Source of the DNA: Macrostomum lignano
Taxonomy: Eukaryota
DNA length: 64,000 nucleotides
Reading direction: 5' to 3'
Assembly (NCBI GenBank): GCA_002269645.1
Contig: NIVC01000221.1
Coordinates: 1 to 64,000, forward strand
Under the pieces are notes generated by a model. It did no database searches. It was not told the origin of the DNA and saw nothing but the letters and a program-made list of their open reading frames with translations. The position numbers and the translations under genes were made by a program. Below are positions 60,969 through 64,000 of the stretch, piece by piece. Every line of letters starts with the position of its first letter. The first letter of the stretch is position 1.

Positions 60969-62641
60969 TGTAGATTTTCTTTAATAGATTATTGAATAAG
61001 AGCAAGGCGGTGGTTCATTTAGTAGTTTATCAACGGAAATCAGATCGAAGAGAAAACAAGGGGAGCGTGATTCGTGTCACTGCCGTCGCCGTATATTTAT
61101 AGATTTGTATCTGTCTTCCGGAAATTTCTAGAAAGATTGAGCGCATCTTAACAAAGCGATTAAACACTTAATTATATACGTTACGCAAATACGAGTAGAA
61201 TATTAACAGTTAAGTAATAAATAGTTATTTACTATTTATATGCGTATATTATAGATAAGATGCTAACTTGAAGAAGTTTCTGGAAATATAAATCTTTTTG
61301 ACTTTAGAAATCTAACGAAATTTCGAGAAAGTTATTAAAGTACGCTACAACAGTTCCCCCCACGGAAGACGGAGTCCCCAAGGTATGACAGGTTAATTTA
61401 AATGTGTAGCACTGGGTTACTGTGAATGTAGTCCAGGTCGAAATTGCGCTGCTGAAAGGATGCAGATGTCACTGGGTTCACCGCGAGACGGATATGGGCA
61501 GCTGGGCTCGCACTGCAGTCGAGGATTTCAGACTGATTGTAAATTGTGGTGGCTAGCACATCCGTGGTCTCTGCGGCACTGCTCCAGGATGGCGGTAATT
61601 GACGCTGTAGTGTAGAACGATCTGCGGGGTATTGCCGGTTTGCAGACAGACGACTCCCGAACTACGGTAGGCGCCAGGGATCAAGGCGGGTAGTCGCTCT
61701 GCGGCTGAAACAGAACCGAGAAGATTCACGGATGTCGACCGGTTAGGCCAGCTGGTTGACCACTGGCTTATCGATGAACCTCGTGGAAGGTTGCGATGTG
61801 TAGACTCGCCAGTAGCGCCAGCCGGTTAGTAGATTGCTAATTGAGTTTGTCGATGGATGGGACCCAGCTGTGCTGCTAGTCGGTCTGCGCGGTGCTGCGG
61901 GTGATGTCGCTGGTATGTATACGTATGCGTGGAGAGCATACATGTAGCTGCGCGGATGACTCGATCGGATAGCCGTTTGTGAGCCCGTGTTGGCGTAGTT
62001 TTTTGGTCACCGACGAGATATCGTGCAGTTCGTCGGAAAAGTGAGGTTGACGACTGTGGCTGCATATTTATTACATGACGGCGATGGTAGACACACTGAG
62101 AAGTGATGACAGCGGACAGTAGACAGTGGTGTGCTATGATGTTTCGGCGTTGGTAGCGACGGCGGTGCTGATCGCGAATGATGGCGTGATGAGCGGGCAC
62201 AACGTGCGTGCGTATGCACACATTCTGAAATAGGTCGCTCGACGCCTCACCGGACCATTTGTAGAATTTTCTTTAATAGATTATTGAATAAGAGCAAGGC
62301 GGTGGTTCATTTAGTAGTTTATCAACGGAAATCAGATCGAAGAGAAAACAAGGGGAGCGTGATTCGTGTCACTGCCGTCGCCGTATATTTATAGATTTGT
62401 ATCTGTCTTCCGGAAATTTCTAGAAAGATTGAGCGCATCTTAACAAAGCGATTAAACACTTAATTATATACGTTACGCAAATACGAGTAGAATATTAACA
62501 GTTAAGTAATAAATAGTTATTTACTATTTATATGCGTATATTATAGATAAGATGCTAACTTGAAGAAGTTTCTGGAAATATAAATCTTTTTGACTTTAGA
62601 AATCTAACGAAATTTCGAGAAAGTTATTAAAGTACGCTACA
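60969..62641 (-). mobile_element. Short non-autonomous LTR retroelement (TRIM-like): LTRs 60969-61349 and 62260-62641, TSD ATGG
   Basis: TG...CA direct repeats of 381/382 bp with only one indel seen, and ATGG on both flanks. PBS-like TGGTCCGGTGAGG and a G-rich PPT-like tract on the minus strand; ~910-bp internal region without recognisable gag/pol. Confidence 0.92.
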
Positions 62642-64000
62642 ATGGCTTTTGTCCCCCCCCATTTGAGCCTTGAAATCTTGGCTGTTCCACCATGAGCCAG
62701 AGCATTTCAATAATTACTTAATTAACCTTGAATTTTCATGACTTCCCACAGAGATAATTAATGTTAACAATTCCGTTCTGAAATCTTAGCAAAAACCCAC
62801 TGATAAGATTAGAAAGACAAAGCCGACAAGAAAAATTTATTTTTTGAGTATTTGTCGATACTGATGGCGAATAAAACTTCGTCGGCTTTGTCTCTCTAAT
62901 CTTATTAAAGAAAAGTAGCCTGCCTCAAAAAAACTCACTGAGTATTTGATGAAGAAGTAAAAATACACAAAGCCAATTTTAATGCCTAAGAAAGTTTTTA
63001 AAAAGAATCTGCAGAATAAATCAAACGGTTTTAACACAACCTGTCTGCCACAGGTATCGCTACCAGATCGGAACGAATGAGCCAAGAAAAGTTGCTGGCG
63101 CCAGAAGAAACCTCACCAGTTCAAGCTCTCCGACTCTACGCTCGAATGCGAGAGGAAGTGGAAATAGGAGGAAGTGCTGCTTCCTTCGTTCAGCCACGGC
63201 CACGTAGTGATTAAAATTATTTTTAGCTTGGGCAAACAATGCCCGTTTCTGTCGCAAAGATGCAATGGAGGAAAGCCTGTAGAATCGGCATCAGCTTCCC
63301 AGCTTCCTGGGAATAACTTTTTTTCTCTCGCGCGGCTTGATTGACAGAGAGACGAAGACTGCGAACGAAGACAAAACGATTTCCGTTACATTGTCTTGTA
63401 AGAATCAAGAATATGAAGCCGTAGTTTGTACCTCGCAGCAGTCAGAGTGGTTGAGCTCAAGCCTAACATATTTGCTGAGGCCAGTGTTTAAAGTGAGCCG
63501 AAATTCACAAGATTCAGGACAAGATTCGCTGGCTAGATCTCGTAATAACAAGATTTATTGCATCCAGCCTCCCAGAAATTTCCGCCTGAACAACACTTTA
63601 GGCAATATAAATAATTAGGCAATATGATCTTCAGCGCGCATGCTTCCTGAATGTTCTCGAATAAAATCAATCGAAAGTTCTTCAAAATGGTCTATAAATA
63701 AAAGGCACAACTTTTGACAACGAAAAACTACTGAACAAAACGAAAGAAAAATGAGTCACTGCCTTGGGGCCTCCGTATGATTGAACTTTCTACGTAGAAA
63801 AACGTGGATAGGATGCTGTGAAGACTTGACAACGCGTAGTTTTGTCAATACTAGCAAATGTGCCGGCTTACAAGCCGAGACGCGTATATTTATCTGATTT
63901 GCAACTATTTGCGACAGTCCTCCGTAACGTACACACGCAACCCAGGGTTACACATCGTACACTGTGTCCTATTAAATGTACACTGACCGAAACTAATGCT

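Noticed and set aside
62837-63618. Short ORFs at the window end
   Set aside because: No recognisable domain or exon structure; they may belong to a degraded repeat.

Overview
Eukaryotic, repeat-rich window. Short 70-100 nt GT-AG introns and GC-rich exons in AT-rich DNA suggest an invertebrate, possibly a flatworm; the species cannot be fixed from sequence alone. (1) 1-9.4 kb: three tandemly duplicated intronless AIG1/GIMAP-family GTPase genes on the minus strand. Copies 2 and 3 share a frameshift that reads a CAG-type repeat as poly-Ala instead of poly-Gln and gives a new Cys-rich C-terminus. (2) 11-60 kb: a family of secreted two-exon WSC + PAN/apple-like genes (4 intact, 3 remnants). (3) Inside that cluster, a 33.7-kb segment (16523-50177) is bounded by ~120-bp terminal inverted repeats abutting TTAA on both sides. 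It carries a Polinton-type protein-primed DNA polymerase B gene split by at least four spliceosomal introns, but no visible integrase, ATPase or capsid gene. (4) Nested in it is a ~24-kb head-to-tail array of five non-autonomous Helitrons (CTAG|TC junctions, A/T target) filled with 23-bp and 18-bp satellites, TTAGGG tracts and a tRNA-like unit. (5) Smaller elements: two MITEs, tRNA-SINE pieces, LINE, Gypsy-gag and Penelope fragments, a 7-bp simple repeat, and a young 1.67-kb non-coding LTR element with a 4-bp TSD. The best candidate for an undescribed system is the TTAA-flanked, intron-bearing, pPolB-only element.
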